Assembly (NCBI GenBank): GCA_039930525.1
Contig: JBDTTS010000001.1
Coordinates: 1-33,295 of the forward strand
DNA from: Actinomycetes bacterium
Lineage (GTDB): Bacteria; Actinomycetota; Actinomycetes; JAHEKZ01
Direction: 5' to 3'
Length of the DNA: 33,295 bases
The position numbers were made by a program, and so were the translations under genes. A model generated the notes under the pieces. The model made no database searches and was not told the origin of the DNA. It was given only the letters and a program-made list of their open reading frames with translations. Each line of letters opens with the position of its first letter. Position 1 is the stretch's first letter. Shown one piece after another: positions 1 through 9,737 of the stretch.

Positions 1-150
1 GGCTAGACCTTCACCCACCCTGTCGAGACGGGGCACGACATCGGTTCACTTCGATCAGCGTTCGACGAGCTGATCACCGGTGTTACGGGATCGTGGGTGC
101 CTTGACGTTCGCGCGAGCGACAGAAGTAGTGAAGACCGATCGCAAAACCG

Positions 151-945
151 CTAGAGGCGACGATCACTCAGGACGGGAAATCGCTGGCGCCATGCCTGCG
201 TCGCCGCAGGGTCGAGCTCGGCCCGCACCACCTCTTCAGCGGCGCCGGCTTCAACCAGCGGCACCCCCAAGGAATCGACAATCACACTCGCACCGCCCAT
301 ATCGACCCCGCCGTGCGTGCCAACGGTGTTCAAAGCAACGAGCGGAGTCTGGTTCTCGATCGCCCGGGCGCGAGCCAGCACGCTCCAGTGGGCGATTCGT
401 GCCAGCGGCCAGGCAGCCGGCACGACGAACATCTCAGCCCCGTCGTCCAGAAGCCGTCGAAACATCTCGGGAAATCGCAGGTCGTAGCAGGTGGCCAGCC
501 CCAGGCGGCCGACCGAGGTCTGGGCCACCACCAGGTCGCGTCCGGCGGTCAGGTACTTGGGCTCTCCGTCGGAGAACCCGAAGAGATGCAGCTTTCGGTA
601 GAGCGCACATTCGACGCCGTCGCGCTCGAGGACGAGCGCGGTGTTCGTGAGCGAGCCGTCATCGTGTCGCTCGATGAACGAGCCGACGTGCAGGACCACG
701 GACGCCGATCGGGCCGCGTCGCGAAGCCGGGAAACGAGCTCGCCGTCCAGCCTCTGGGCCGTGGCCTCCCACTGGTCGTAGGTGAAGCCCCCGTTCGGCC
801 ACAACTCAGGGAGCACGACCAGATCAGCGTCGGAGCAGGCGCCTACGAGACCGAGCATTCGGTCGACCCGTGCATCGAAAGGCTCAGACTCGATGAACTC
901 GTACTGGACGGCGGCTACCTTCACGGTCACCAGCGTGCCACGCAT
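151..945 (-). CDS. carbon-nitrogen hydrolase family protein (nitrilase-superfamily amidohydrolase)
   Basis: ORF 151..1098(-) trimmed to the ATG at 945 (MRGTLVTVKVAAVQ). Glu-Lys-Cys triad contexts LPELW, YRKLHLF and ATCYDLRFPE. Its ATG overlaps the TGA of the upstream E2 gene (minus-strand TGATG at 943-947). Confidence 0.8.
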   Translation of the reverse strand: MRGTLVTVKVAAVQYEFIESEPFDARVDRMLGLVGACSDADLVVLPELWPNGGFTYDQWEATAQRLDGELVSRLRDAARSASVVLHVGSFIERHDDGSLTNTALVLERDGVECALYRKLHLFGFSDGEPKYLTAGRDLVVAQTSVGRLGLATCYDLRFPEMFRRLLDDGAEMFVVPAAWPLARIAHWSVLARARAIENQTPLVALNTVGTHGGVDMGGASVIVDSLGVPLVEAGAAEEVVRAELDPAATQAWRQRFPVLSDRRL

Positions 946-2321
946 CACGCCCAGAGGTGAAGCAGGCCGGGCTCTTCGAGGATATCGGCGACGTCTCGGA
1001 GGAACCGGGATCCAGTAGCTCCGTCGATGAAACGGTGATCGAACGACAGCGACACGGTGGACACTGTGCGCACGACCACCTGCCCACGATCGGCCCACGG
1101 ACGTTCACGCCACGCACCGAAAGCAAGGATCGCTGACTGTCCCGGAGTGATCATCGGAGTTCCACCGTCGACGCCGAACACGCCAACGTTGGTGATGGTG
1201 AACGTCGCTCCGAGCAGCTCAGCTGGTGTCGCTACGCCGGCACGCGCGCGTCCGACCACATGGCGCAGAGCCGCGCCCAGCTCGGGAAGCGTCAGCTCAT
1301 TCGCGTGAGCAACATGGGGCACCACAAGTCCTCGGTCGGTGGCCACCGCGATACCGAGCTGTATGGCACCTCGGTGAACGATCTCTTGCGCCCGCGCATC
1401 GAACATGGCATTGATCGACGGTTCACGGCCGATAGCGGTGATGCAGGCGGCGGCAACGAGCACCAGCGGCGTTACCTTCACGTCCTTGTACTCAGGCAGT
1501 TTCTTGATCCGCTCGATGAAAGCCGCGCAGCGCGTCACATCAACGTCTACCCACTCGGTCACCGCAGGAATCGTGGCCGCGCTCTCGGTCATGGCAGCCG
1601 CCATGCTGCGCATGACGCCGCGAACGGGGTCACGGTGATCGGAAGCAGCAGGTCGGTCGCTGCTTCGTGGTGACACGTCGGCAAGCTGCAGGGACGCTAC
1701 CGCCTCGACGTCTCCGCGAGTAACTGTCCCGTCGACGCCGGTCGGTCGAACAGTGGCGAGGTCGATCCCCAACTGTTTGGCCAGACGGCGTACCGGCGGC
1801 TTGGTCCGCACCTGCTTCGCTGCCGCGGCTCCGCCGCTCAACCGCGCCTCGGCGGCGCGGCCCACCTCAAGACCACCGTGGCGTACCGGCTTCACCGGCT
1901 CGCCTGGGGGGCCGGCCTCACGGCGCTCGGTGCCGTGGGGGCTGGGCATCGTCGCTCGCCGGCGGCGCCGGGTCGCCGACTTCGTGACGCCGTAACCCAC
2001 CAAGACTGGTCCGCCGCTTTCGCTCGTCTCCTCGTCAGGCGACGTCTCGTCGGGTGACGTCTCGTCACCCTGCACAGCTGATTCAGTGGCAATCGTCACG
2101 AGCGGGGCCCCAACGGGCAACAGCGCGCCCTCGGCGGCGTGCAGGGTGACGATCGTTCCTGCATAGGGCGACGGCAGCTCGACGGCAGCCTTGGCCGTCT
2201 CGACCTCGACGAGGGATTGATTGACGAGAACGGTGTCGCCCTCGGCCACGAGCCACCGCAGGACCTCGCCCTCGGTCAGACCCTCGCCGACGTCTGGCAG
2301 ACAGAACTGCACTTCGTTCAT
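945..2321 (-). CDS. bkdC: dihydrolipoamide acyltransferase, E2 component of a branched-chain/2-oxoacid dehydrogenase complex
   Basis: ORF 945..2504(-) trimmed to the ATG at 2321 (MNEVQFCLPDVGEG), with SD AGGAGA (revcomp of 2328-2333) 6 nt upstream. Lipoyl-lysine motif VEVETAKAAVE, acidic/Pro linker, C-terminal catalytic DHRFIDG. Confidence 0.88.
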   Translation of the reverse strand: MNEVQFCLPDVGEGLTEGEVLRWLVAEGDTVLVNQSLVEVETAKAAVELPSPYAGTIVTLHAAEGALLPVGAPLVTIATESAVQGDETSPDETSPDEETSESGGPVLVGYGVTKSATRRRRRATMPSPHGTERREAGPPGEPVKPVRHGGLEVGRAAEARLSGGAAAAKQVRTKPPVRRLAKQLGIDLATVRPTGVDGTVTRGDVEAVASLQLADVSPRSSDRPAASDHRDPVRGVMRSMAAAMTESAATIPAVTEWVDVDVTRCAAFIERIKKLPEYKDVKVTPLVLVAAACITAIGREPSINAMFDARAQEIVHRGAIQLGIAVATDRGLVVPHVAHANELTLPELGAALRHVVGRARAGVATPAELLGATFTITNVGVFGVDGGTPMITPGQSAILAFGAWRERPWADRGQVVVRTVSTVSLSFDHRFIDGATGSRFLRDVADILEEPGLLHLWA

Positions 2322-2331
2322 GACCAATCTC

Positions 2332-3312
2332 CTAGTACGCCATGGCACGGTCGACGGCATCGAGAACGCGATCAAGATCTGGCAAGAAGTGTTGCTCGAG
2401 GCGCGAGGGCGGGTAGGGGGTGTGGAACCCTCCGACCCGTAGAACGGGCGCTTCGAGATCGTAGAAGCAGACTTCAGCAACGTTGGCGGCAATCTCGGCA
2501 GCAAGCCCTAAGAACACCGAGGCCTCGTGAGCGACGACACATCGACCCGTGCTGCTGACCGACTGGGCGACGGTGTCGATGTCGAGCGGAGCCAGCGACC
2601 GCAGGTCGACCACTTCGATCTCGCAGCCGTCGAGGGCGGCCGCAGAGGCGGCCTCGACGCAGGTTCGCACCATGGGCCCGTAGGTAACGAGTGTGACGTC
2701 GGCACCCTGGCGCACCACCCGCGCCGAACTCATCGGCAGTGGCGGCTCGGCCGACATATCGACGTCGGCCTTGTCCCAGTAGCGACGCTTGGGCTCGAGG
2801 AAAATGACTGGGTCGTCGCAGGCGATAGCCTGCTGCACCAAGTGAAACGCGTCTACGGGGTTCGACGGCGTCACCACCCGAAGGCCAGCTGTGTGGGCGA
2901 AGTACGCCTCGGGCGACTCACTGTGATGCTCGACGGCACCGATCCCCCCGCCGTACGGCAGCCGCACCGTCACTGGCATCTTGACCAGTCCGGACGACCG
3001 TGCGTGCATCTTGGCGAGTTGGCTGACGATCTGATCGAAGGCCACGTACACGAACCCGTCGAACTGCACCTCAGCCACGGGTCGGTAGCCACGCATGGCC
3101 ATGCCGATCGCCGCTCCCAGGATCGACGACTCAGCGAGTGGCGTGTCGATGACCCGCTGTTCGCCGAAGTCCTTCTGCAGACCGTCCGTTACCCGAAACA
3201 CGCCACCGAGGCGTCCGATGTCTTCGCCCATCAACAACGTCTTCGGGTCGTTCTCGAGCGCCAGCCGCAGGCCGGCATTGATGGCACCGGCCATCGTCAT
3301 GGTCTCGGTCAT
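2332..3312 (-). CDS. bkdB: 2-oxoacid dehydrogenase E1 component, beta subunit
   Basis: 326-aa ORF with typical E1-beta N-terminus (MAGAINAGLRLALENDPKTLLMGEDIG...FRVTDGLQKDFGEQRVIDTPLAES). Its ATG overlaps the E1-alpha stop (ATGA at 3309-3312). Confidence 0.9.
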   Translation of the reverse strand: MTETMTMAGAINAGLRLALENDPKTLLMGEDIGRLGGVFRVTDGLQKDFGEQRVIDTPLAESSILGAAIGMAMRGYRPVAEVQFDGFVYVAFDQIVSQLAKMHARSSGLVKMPVTVRLPYGGGIGAVEHHSESPEAYFAHTAGLRVVTPSNPVDAFHLVQQAIACDDPVIFLEPKRRYWDKADVDMSAEPPLPMSSARVVRQGADVTLVTYGPMVRTCVEAASAAALDGCEIEVVDLRSLAPLDIDTVAQSVSSTGRCVVAHEASVFLGLAAEIAANVAEVCFYDLEAPVLRVGGFHTPYPPSRLEQHFLPDLDRVLDAVDRAMAY

Positions 3313-4403
3313 GACTCGGCACCCCCTGAGAAACCAGCGAGGTAATCGGCGTACTCGCGCCTCTGGCGTTCGACCAAAGAGTGAGGTTCGGCGTAGGCGT
3401 GGACAAACATGTCGTCGACGCTGGGGTTCGGCAGCGCACGGGTGCCTTCGCGCAGCCGCTCAGCGAGCTGCTCGGCCTCAGCATCGAGCTCGTCGAAGAA
3501 TGCGTCGTCGACGAGCTGCTGTTTGTGCAGGAAGGACCGCACCCGCTCTAGGGGGTCGCGCAGCCTCCAGGCTTCGACATCGGAGTCAAGCCGGTAGCGA
3601 GTCGGGTCGTCGGACGTCGTGTGAGCACCCATGCGGTAGGTGAAGGCCTCGATCAGAGCGGGGCCGGCTCCCTCGCGGGCACGTTGCAGCATGTGCCGGC
3701 TCACCGCCAAACAGGCCAAGACATCGTTGCCGTCGACTCGAATGCCAGGGAACCCAAAGCCCCACGCGCGTTGAAACAACGGGATGCGGGTCTGCCGCTC
3801 CAACGGCTCAGAGATCGCCCATTGGTTGTTCTGACAGAAGAACACCACCGGGGCGTTGAAGACGCTCGCCCAGATGAACGACTCGTTGACGTCGCCCTGA
3901 CTGCTCGCACCATCACCGAAGAAGACCATCGCGGCGTTGTCAGCCTCATCGTTCTGAATCCCCATCGCGTAGCCGACCGCCTGCGGACACTGGTCACCGA
4001 TGACGATCGTGTAGAGCGCAAAGCCATGCGCCTCGGGGTCCCAACCTCCGTTGGTCGTGCCGCGAAAGAGTCCGAGCAGCGCGAGTGGGTCCACTCCTCG
4101 GCACCAGGCCACCCCGTGTTCGCGGTACGTCGGGAACGCCATGTCACCGGCGACGAGCGCTCGTCCTGCTCCGACTTGTGCGGCTTCTTGGCCCAGTAGC
4201 TGCGCCCAAAGCCCGAGCTCGCCCTGTCGCTGCAAGGCAGTGGCTTCGGCGTCAACTCGCCGGACCAGGACCAGGTCGCGGTAGAGCGACCTCAACTCGT
4301 CGTCGGTGATCTCGAGGGGGAAGTCACTGTTGTCGATGCGTTCGCCCTCGGGTGTGAGCAGCTGAACGAAGCGATCGTCGGGTGCATGTGACGGAATGGC
4401 CAC
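3309..4403 (-). CDS. bkdA: 2-oxoacid dehydrogenase E1 component, alpha subunit (thiamine-diphosphate dependent)
   Basis: 364-aa ORF with GTG start at 4403 and AGGAGG SD 6 nt upstream. TPP-binding GDG...NN motif (FFGDGASSQGDVNESFIWASVFNAPVVFFCQNNQWAIS). Confidence 0.9.
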   Translation of the reverse strand: MAIPSHAPDDRFVQLLTPEGERIDNSDFPLEITDDELRSLYRDLVLVRRVDAEATALQRQGELGLWAQLLGQEAAQVGAGRALVAGDMAFPTYREHGVAWCRGVDPLALLGLFRGTTNGGWDPEAHGFALYTIVIGDQCPQAVGYAMGIQNDEADNAAMVFFGDGASSQGDVNESFIWASVFNAPVVFFCQNNQWAISEPLERQTRIPLFQRAWGFGFPGIRVDGNDVLACLAVSRHMLQRAREGAGPALIEAFTYRMGAHTTSDDPTRYRLDSDVEAWRLRDPLERVRSFLHKQQLVDDAFFDELDAEAEQLAERLREGTRALPNPSVDDMFVHAYAEPHSLVERQRREYADYLAGFSGGAES

Positions 4404-4530
4404 GCGGCGCCTCCTGGTGGTCGGAGGCGGGGTCGCCGCTTCGACCGGTTACGTCACCGGGGTGTCCGGTGCCTCCATCATCGGTCCATGAGGGCCGGAG
4501 GGGAACACCCCAGACGGACGTTTTGCGCAC

Positions 4531-5337
4531 CTAGTCGTCGCGCTTGCCGTTGCCGTTGCCGTTCCCGCTGTTCCCGTTCCCGTTCCCGCTGTTGCCGTTC
4601 CCGCTGTTGCCGTTCCCGCTGTTGCCGTTCCCGCTGTTGCCGTTCCCGTTCCCGTTGCCTGGTTTGGGCTCCTTAGGATCTTTCGGGTCTTTGGGGTTGC
4701 CGCCACCTGGCGAACCGCCTCCGACGTTGTTGCCGCCACCGTTGTTTCCGTCACCATCGTTGTTGCCGCCACCGTTGTTGGGTGGCTTGGTGGGCTGAGG
4801 CGAGTCAGTTGGTTTGGGGGTTCCGCTGGGCTTGGGTGGCTTGGTCGGCCTAGGTGAGTCGGTGGGCTTAGGCGAGTCAGTGGGGTCAGGCGGATCGGTC
4901 GGATCTGGGGGGTCAGTGGGGTCAGGCGGCCCAGTCGGGTCGACGGTCGGGTTCGGGTCGTCGGTGGGCGTCGGGCCTGGTGGTTGAACGTCGGGATCGG
5001 CAGGTCCGCCGATCTCGGGCTCGATGACTCCGGGAGGCGTGGTCACCGACCCTGGGTCGTCAGTCGGACGATCGGTCGGTCCAGGAGTGGGAGTCGGGGT
5101 CGGCGTATCGCCAGGACTTGAGCCAACCTCCAGGGGGCTGCTCGACCCCGGATCCGCATCAGCGGTCACGCCGGCCTGCGGTCTTGGGACAGCATCAAGG
5201 GTGTTGCTCGCTACGACGGCCATCGTGGTCAGTCCGCCGGCAACCAGCCCCCCGGCCATGACCACGGCCAGCGCTGCCCGACCGGCCGTCTCCGGACCTG
5301 TGGCGAGCCATGCCGAAGGAGGGGGCCATAATTGCAT
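4531..5337 (-). CDS. membrane-anchored low-complexity protein: N-terminal TM helix, Pro/Thr/Asp-rich linker, Gly/Asn repeat tail
   Basis: ATG at 5337 with strong SD GAAGGAGGG 5 nt upstream. One hydrophobic segment (AALAVVMAGGLVAGGLTTMAVVA). Then PTPTPTP and (PDPTDP)n, then NGGGNN and (GNGNS)n ending KRDD. High GC3 in this frame. Confidence 0.65.
   Translation of the reverse strand: MQLWPPPSAWLATGPETAGRAALAVVMAGGLVAGGLTTMAVVASNTLDAVPRPQAGVTADADPGSSSPLEVGSSPGDTPTPTPTPGPTDRPTDDPGSVTTPPGVIEPEIGGPADPDVQPPGPTPTDDPNPTVDPTGPPDPTDPPDPTDPPDPTDSPKPTDSPRPTKPPKPSGTPKPTDSPQPTKPPNNGGGNNDGDGNNGGGNNVGGGSPGGGNPKDPKDPKEPKPGNGNGNGNSGNGNSGNGNSGNGNSGNGNGNSGNGNGNGKRDD
4546..4659 (-). repeat. in-frame tandem repeat encoding (GN)n/(GNGNS)n
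   Basis: Hexamer gtt(g/c)cc iterated over about 114 nt. The 15-nt unit gttgccgttcccgct is perfect at 4591-4605, 4606-4620 and 4621-4635. A second 18-nt exact repeat, gtcagtggggtcaggcgg, lies at 4876-4893 and 4912-4929 (PDPTDP region). Confidence 0.9.
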
Positions 5338-5371
5338 GACGACCCTCCTTCGTACCCGCCCTGCCGGTTAA

Positions 5372-5393
5372 TAGGACGCTGGATGGAGTCCTA
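5372..5393. promoter_or_regulatory. inverted repeat TAGGAC-N10-GTCCTA in the divergent promoter region
   Basis: Perfect 6-bp arms at 5372-5377 and 5388-5393. The left arm overlaps a -10-like TATTAA (minus strand, 5368-5373) about 30 nt upstream of the 5337 ATG. Confidence 0.3.
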
Positions 5394-5569
5394 CCCGATG
5401 CTCCCATGGTGTCAACCATATGGCCGCCCCGGGCTACCCCATTCGGGTGAACGCCGCTCAGCGATGCAAACCCACCGGGGTACCAATATCGGCGATGATA
5501 CGGGGGACCTAACCTGAGCAGACGTACTAATGACCTTGGCTTCACCCGATCGGCAACCACGGGAGCGGC

Positions 5570-6241
5570 ATGAGCGAGGGCGACGACAGCACCCCGGCAG
5601 CGACGCGAGTCTTCCTGCTCGACGACCACGAGCTGGTTCGCCGGGGTCTCTACGACCTGCTCAGCCTTGAGGACGATCTCGAGATTGTCGGCGAGGCCGC
5701 GACCGCCGCCGAAGCGCTGGCCCGAATTCCGGCAGTTCGGCCGGATGTCGCTGTGCTCGACGTGCGGTTGCCAGACGGCAACGGCGTCGAGGTCTGCCGC
5801 GAGATCCGGTCGGCGATGCCAAGTGTCAACTGCCTGATGCTCACTTCGTACGCCGACGACGAGGCAATGGTCGACGCCCTGCTCGCCGGAGCTGCCGGTT
5901 ACGTGCTCAAGGACATCAGAGGCGCCGACCTCGTTGGCGCCGTCCGACGGGTGGCAAGTGGTGAGTCGCTCCTCGATCCCAAGGCCACCGAGCGTGTGCT
6001 GCACCGCCTGAGGGGTGGCGAGCCGCGCGACGAACGCCTGGCCTCGCTCACCGGTCAGGAGCGTCGGATCCTCGATCTCATCGGTGAGGGCATGACGAAC
6101 CGCCAGATCGGCGACACGCTGCACCTGGCAGAGAAGACGGTCAAGAACTATGTCTCATCGCTGCTAGCCAAGCTCAGCATGGAACGGCGCACGCAAGCGG
6201 CCGCTTACATCGCCCGGATCGATGAGCACGAACGCTCCTAG
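5570..6241 (+). CDS. NarL/FixJ-family response regulator, DosR/DevR-like
   Basis: REC domain with acceptor context [14 protein letters not shown]. LuxR-type HTH ([52 protein letters not shown]). From memory, long stretches are near-identical to M. tuberculosis DosR. SD GGGAGC upstream of the ATG. Confidence 0.88.
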   Translation: MSEGDDSTPAATRVFLLDDHELVRRGLYDLLSLEDDLEIVGEAATAAEALARIPAVRPDVAVLDVRLPDGNGVEVCREIRSAMPSVNCLMLTSYADDEAMVDALLAGAAGYVLKDIRGADLVGAVRRVASGESLLDPKATERVLHRLRGGEPRDERLASLTGQERRILDLIGEGMTNRQIGDTLHLAEKTVKNYVSSLLAKLSMERRTQAAAYIARIDEHERS

Positions 6242-6969
6242 GGCGCTGTCAGCGCCTGGAGGCTCATCGCCGCTGACCCATCACCCATCGCCAGCGACGC
6301 ATAGTCGATCTCACCGGTGAACTGATCGGTGCTCGAGACCAAACTCTTCGCGCCGATCAGCATCGGCCGGTGGTTCGCGATATCCCCCACCGTCCGGCTG
6401 AGGGCAAGGTCGACGCCGTCGACGGTCACTCCTAGTTGCGTCTTCGATCGCCAACACGTCGCGGTGTGCCAAAGGCCGTCGTCGACCTCGGTCACCGATG
6501 ACGTGATCAGCGCAGCCCCCAGCGTGCCTTTGAAACGGCATTGCACCGCAGCGACAGACGGCTCCAGCTGCATCTTCCACTGACCGGGATCGTTGAAGAA
6601 CCCCTTCTGGGCCAAGTTCGGGGTGTCAGTGAGGGTGCTGATGTCGGCGGGCACTCGAAAGACCAGCGTGGCGGCGAACTCGCGGCCAACCGGGTTGAGG
6701 TTGGCCACATGCGGTGTCGATGCTCTGCTGATCGGCGCGAAGGCGACCACCGGGCTGGTGGGGCCGTCGAGCAACGCGTAGTTGCCGCTTAGCGTCAGTG
6801 CATGGCCGCGACCAGTGAGATCAGGCACCACTGCCGAGTCGACGGCGTCAAAGGTGTACTCAGCGCGCAGCGTCGCCGGGGCCCGAGCGCCCGCCGGGAC
6901 TGAGGTCACAAGAAGAGCGCCACCGGCCAAGGCCGCCATCGCCACCGCTACCGCTCCTCGACCGCGCAT
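6238..6969 (-). CDS. secreted LamG/concanavalin-A-like (Laminin_G_3-type) domain protein
   Basis: ORF 6238..7047(-) trimmed to the ATG at 6969 ([32 protein letters not shown] signal peptide). LamG-like pattern: NLAQKG...WKMQL...[20 protein letters not shown]...IGAK...FTGEIDY. The start is uncertain (6963 is also possible). Confidence 0.7.
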   Translation of the reverse strand: MRGRGAVAVAMAALAGGALLVTSVPAGARAPATLRAEYTFDAVDSAVVPDLTGRGHALTLSGNYALLDGPTSPVVAFAPISRASTPHVANLNPVGREFAATLVFRVPADISTLTDTPNLAQKGFFNDPGQWKMQLEPSVAAVQCRFKGTLGAALITSSVTEVDDGLWHTATCWRSKTQLGVTVDGVDLALSRTVGDIANHRPMLIGAKSLVSSTDQFTGEIDYASLAMGDGSAAMSLQALTAP

Positions 6970-7069
6970 GCGCACGAGCCTGACCGCTGTGCTGCTACCG
7001 GTCAAGTCGCAGGGGCTCGCCGCCCACCGATCGGCGCATCGCGTCACCCATCGTGGTCATCGGCGTCGT

Positions 7070-8677
<1,608 letters not shown>

Positions 8678-8777
8678 CTAGAGCGACCTACGTCGCCGAC
8701 CCCGCTCGACCACGGCAGCAGTCTCCTGCTCACGCATCCAGATCACCCCTCAGTCCCTCGCATGTGAGAGTGGTCGC

Positions 8778-9737
8778 ATGGCCACCCCTGCACCACACCT
8801 GAAGCAGTCGGCGCCGGCGGCCGTGTGGGGCGCACTCGCCATCGTCTACGTCGTATGGGGCTCGACGTATCTCGGCATCCGTATCGTTGTGGACGTCGCG
8901 CAGCAACCGCCGCTCTTCCCCACCGGGATCCGATTCCTGATCGCCGGATCTGTGCTGGCCACGGCAGTGGCACTTCGTAAGGGTTGGCGGGCGCTCAAAG
9001 TTCCACCGAAAGCACTGATGGGGAGCGTGCTGCTCGGATTCCTCTTTCTCTTCTGCGGCGTCGGCATGGTGAGCGTGGCCGAACAGACGGTGCCTTCGAG
9101 TCTGGCTGCCCTCTTGGTGGCAGCAATGCCACTGTGGGTGGTGCTCATGCGGGCCGGGATCGGACGCGAGCGACCAGCCCGCTTGACCTGGCTGGGAACG
9201 GCCGTGGGTCTGGGCGGCATCGCGGTGTTGGCGAGGCCGGACACCGAGGGCGACGTCGCCGTGTGGGGCGTGCTGCTCGTGCTCTTCGCGACCGTGTGCT
9301 GGGCGTTCGGGGTCTTCATTGCGCCACGGCTACGTCTTCCGGAGGACAACTTCGTTGGCGCCGTGTACGAGATGGTCGGGGGTGGCGTCGTCCTCTTGGT
9401 CGCGGGCGCCGTCGTTGGCGAGTTCGGAGGCTTCTCGATCGCTGACGTTCCTGCCGAAGGATGGTGGGCGTTTCTCTACCTCACCTTGATCGGTTCAGTG
9501 ATCGCGTTCTCTGCATTCGTCTGGTTGCTGGGTCATGCCCCGCCCTCACTGGTGACGACCTACGCCTACGTGAACCCCGTGGTAGCGGTGTTCCTTGGCT
9601 GGCTGATCTTGTCTGAGTCGGTCACGCGGCCGGTGGTGGCCGGTGGTTCGCTGGCTGTCGTGGGCGTCGCGCTCGTCGTGCGGGGAGAACGTCCGGGCCC
9701 GCGATCAGAGCCCGAGGAAGTCGCGCAACACGGCTAG
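8778..9737 (+). CDS. EamA/DMT-superfamily transporter
   Basis: 319 aa, about 10 hydrophobic helices, duplicated EamA-like halves (VWGSTYLGIRI... and ...VNPVVAVFLGWLILSE). Confidence 0.8.
   Translation: MATPAPHLKQSAPAAVWGALAIVYVVWGSTYLGIRIVVDVAQQPPLFPTGIRFLIAGSVLATAVALRKGWRALKVPPKALMGSVLLGFLFLFCGVGMVSVAEQTVPSSLAALLVAAMPLWVVLMRAGIGRERPARLTWLGTAVGLGGIAVLARPDTEGDVAVWGVLLVLFATVCWAFGVFIAPRLRLPEDNFVGAVYEMVGGGVVLLVAGAVVGEFGGFSIADVPAEGWWAFLYLTLIGSVIAFSAFVWLLGHAPPSLVTTYAYVNPVVAVFLGWLILSESVTRPVVAGGSLAVVGVALVVRGERPGPRSEPEEVAQHG

Noticed and set aside
1-150. Possible gene fragment or terminator at the left edge.
   Set aside because: No convincing coding frame on either strand. There is only a weak GATCAGC-N9-GCTGATC hairpin (53-75) without a U-tract, which is too weak to call.
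313-960. Long antisense or out-of-frame ORFs overlapping confident genes. Examples: 313..960(+), 5195..6124(-), 16653..17414(-), 22796..23764(+), 24876..25772(+), 29876..30817(-), 32683..33102(-).
   Set aside because: These are typical shadow ORFs of high-GC DNA. Their translations are Arg/Pro/Gly-rich with no motifs, and each is fully covered by a gene with clear family signatures on the other strand or frame.
4546-4659. Could the short tandem array be a CRISPR?
   Set aside because: The units are 6/15 nt with no spacers, they lie inside a coding frame, and there are no cas genes in the window.
4449-4798. Alternative frames over the tandem repeat: the PFPLLPFP peptide on the plus strand and the TGTATAG frame on the minus strand.
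   Set aside because: These are repeat-generated open frames with no SD and no continuation into a plausible protein. The 4531..5337(-) frame has a strong SD and a TM anchor.
5338-5569. Canonical 20-bp DosR box (TTSGGGACTWWAGTCCCSAA) upstream of the regulator or kinase genes (also checked at 8669-8777).
   Set aside because: Only half-site-like fragments were seen (GGGGACC near 5497-5503; AGTCCC near 8750-8755). There is no full palindrome at canonical spacing.
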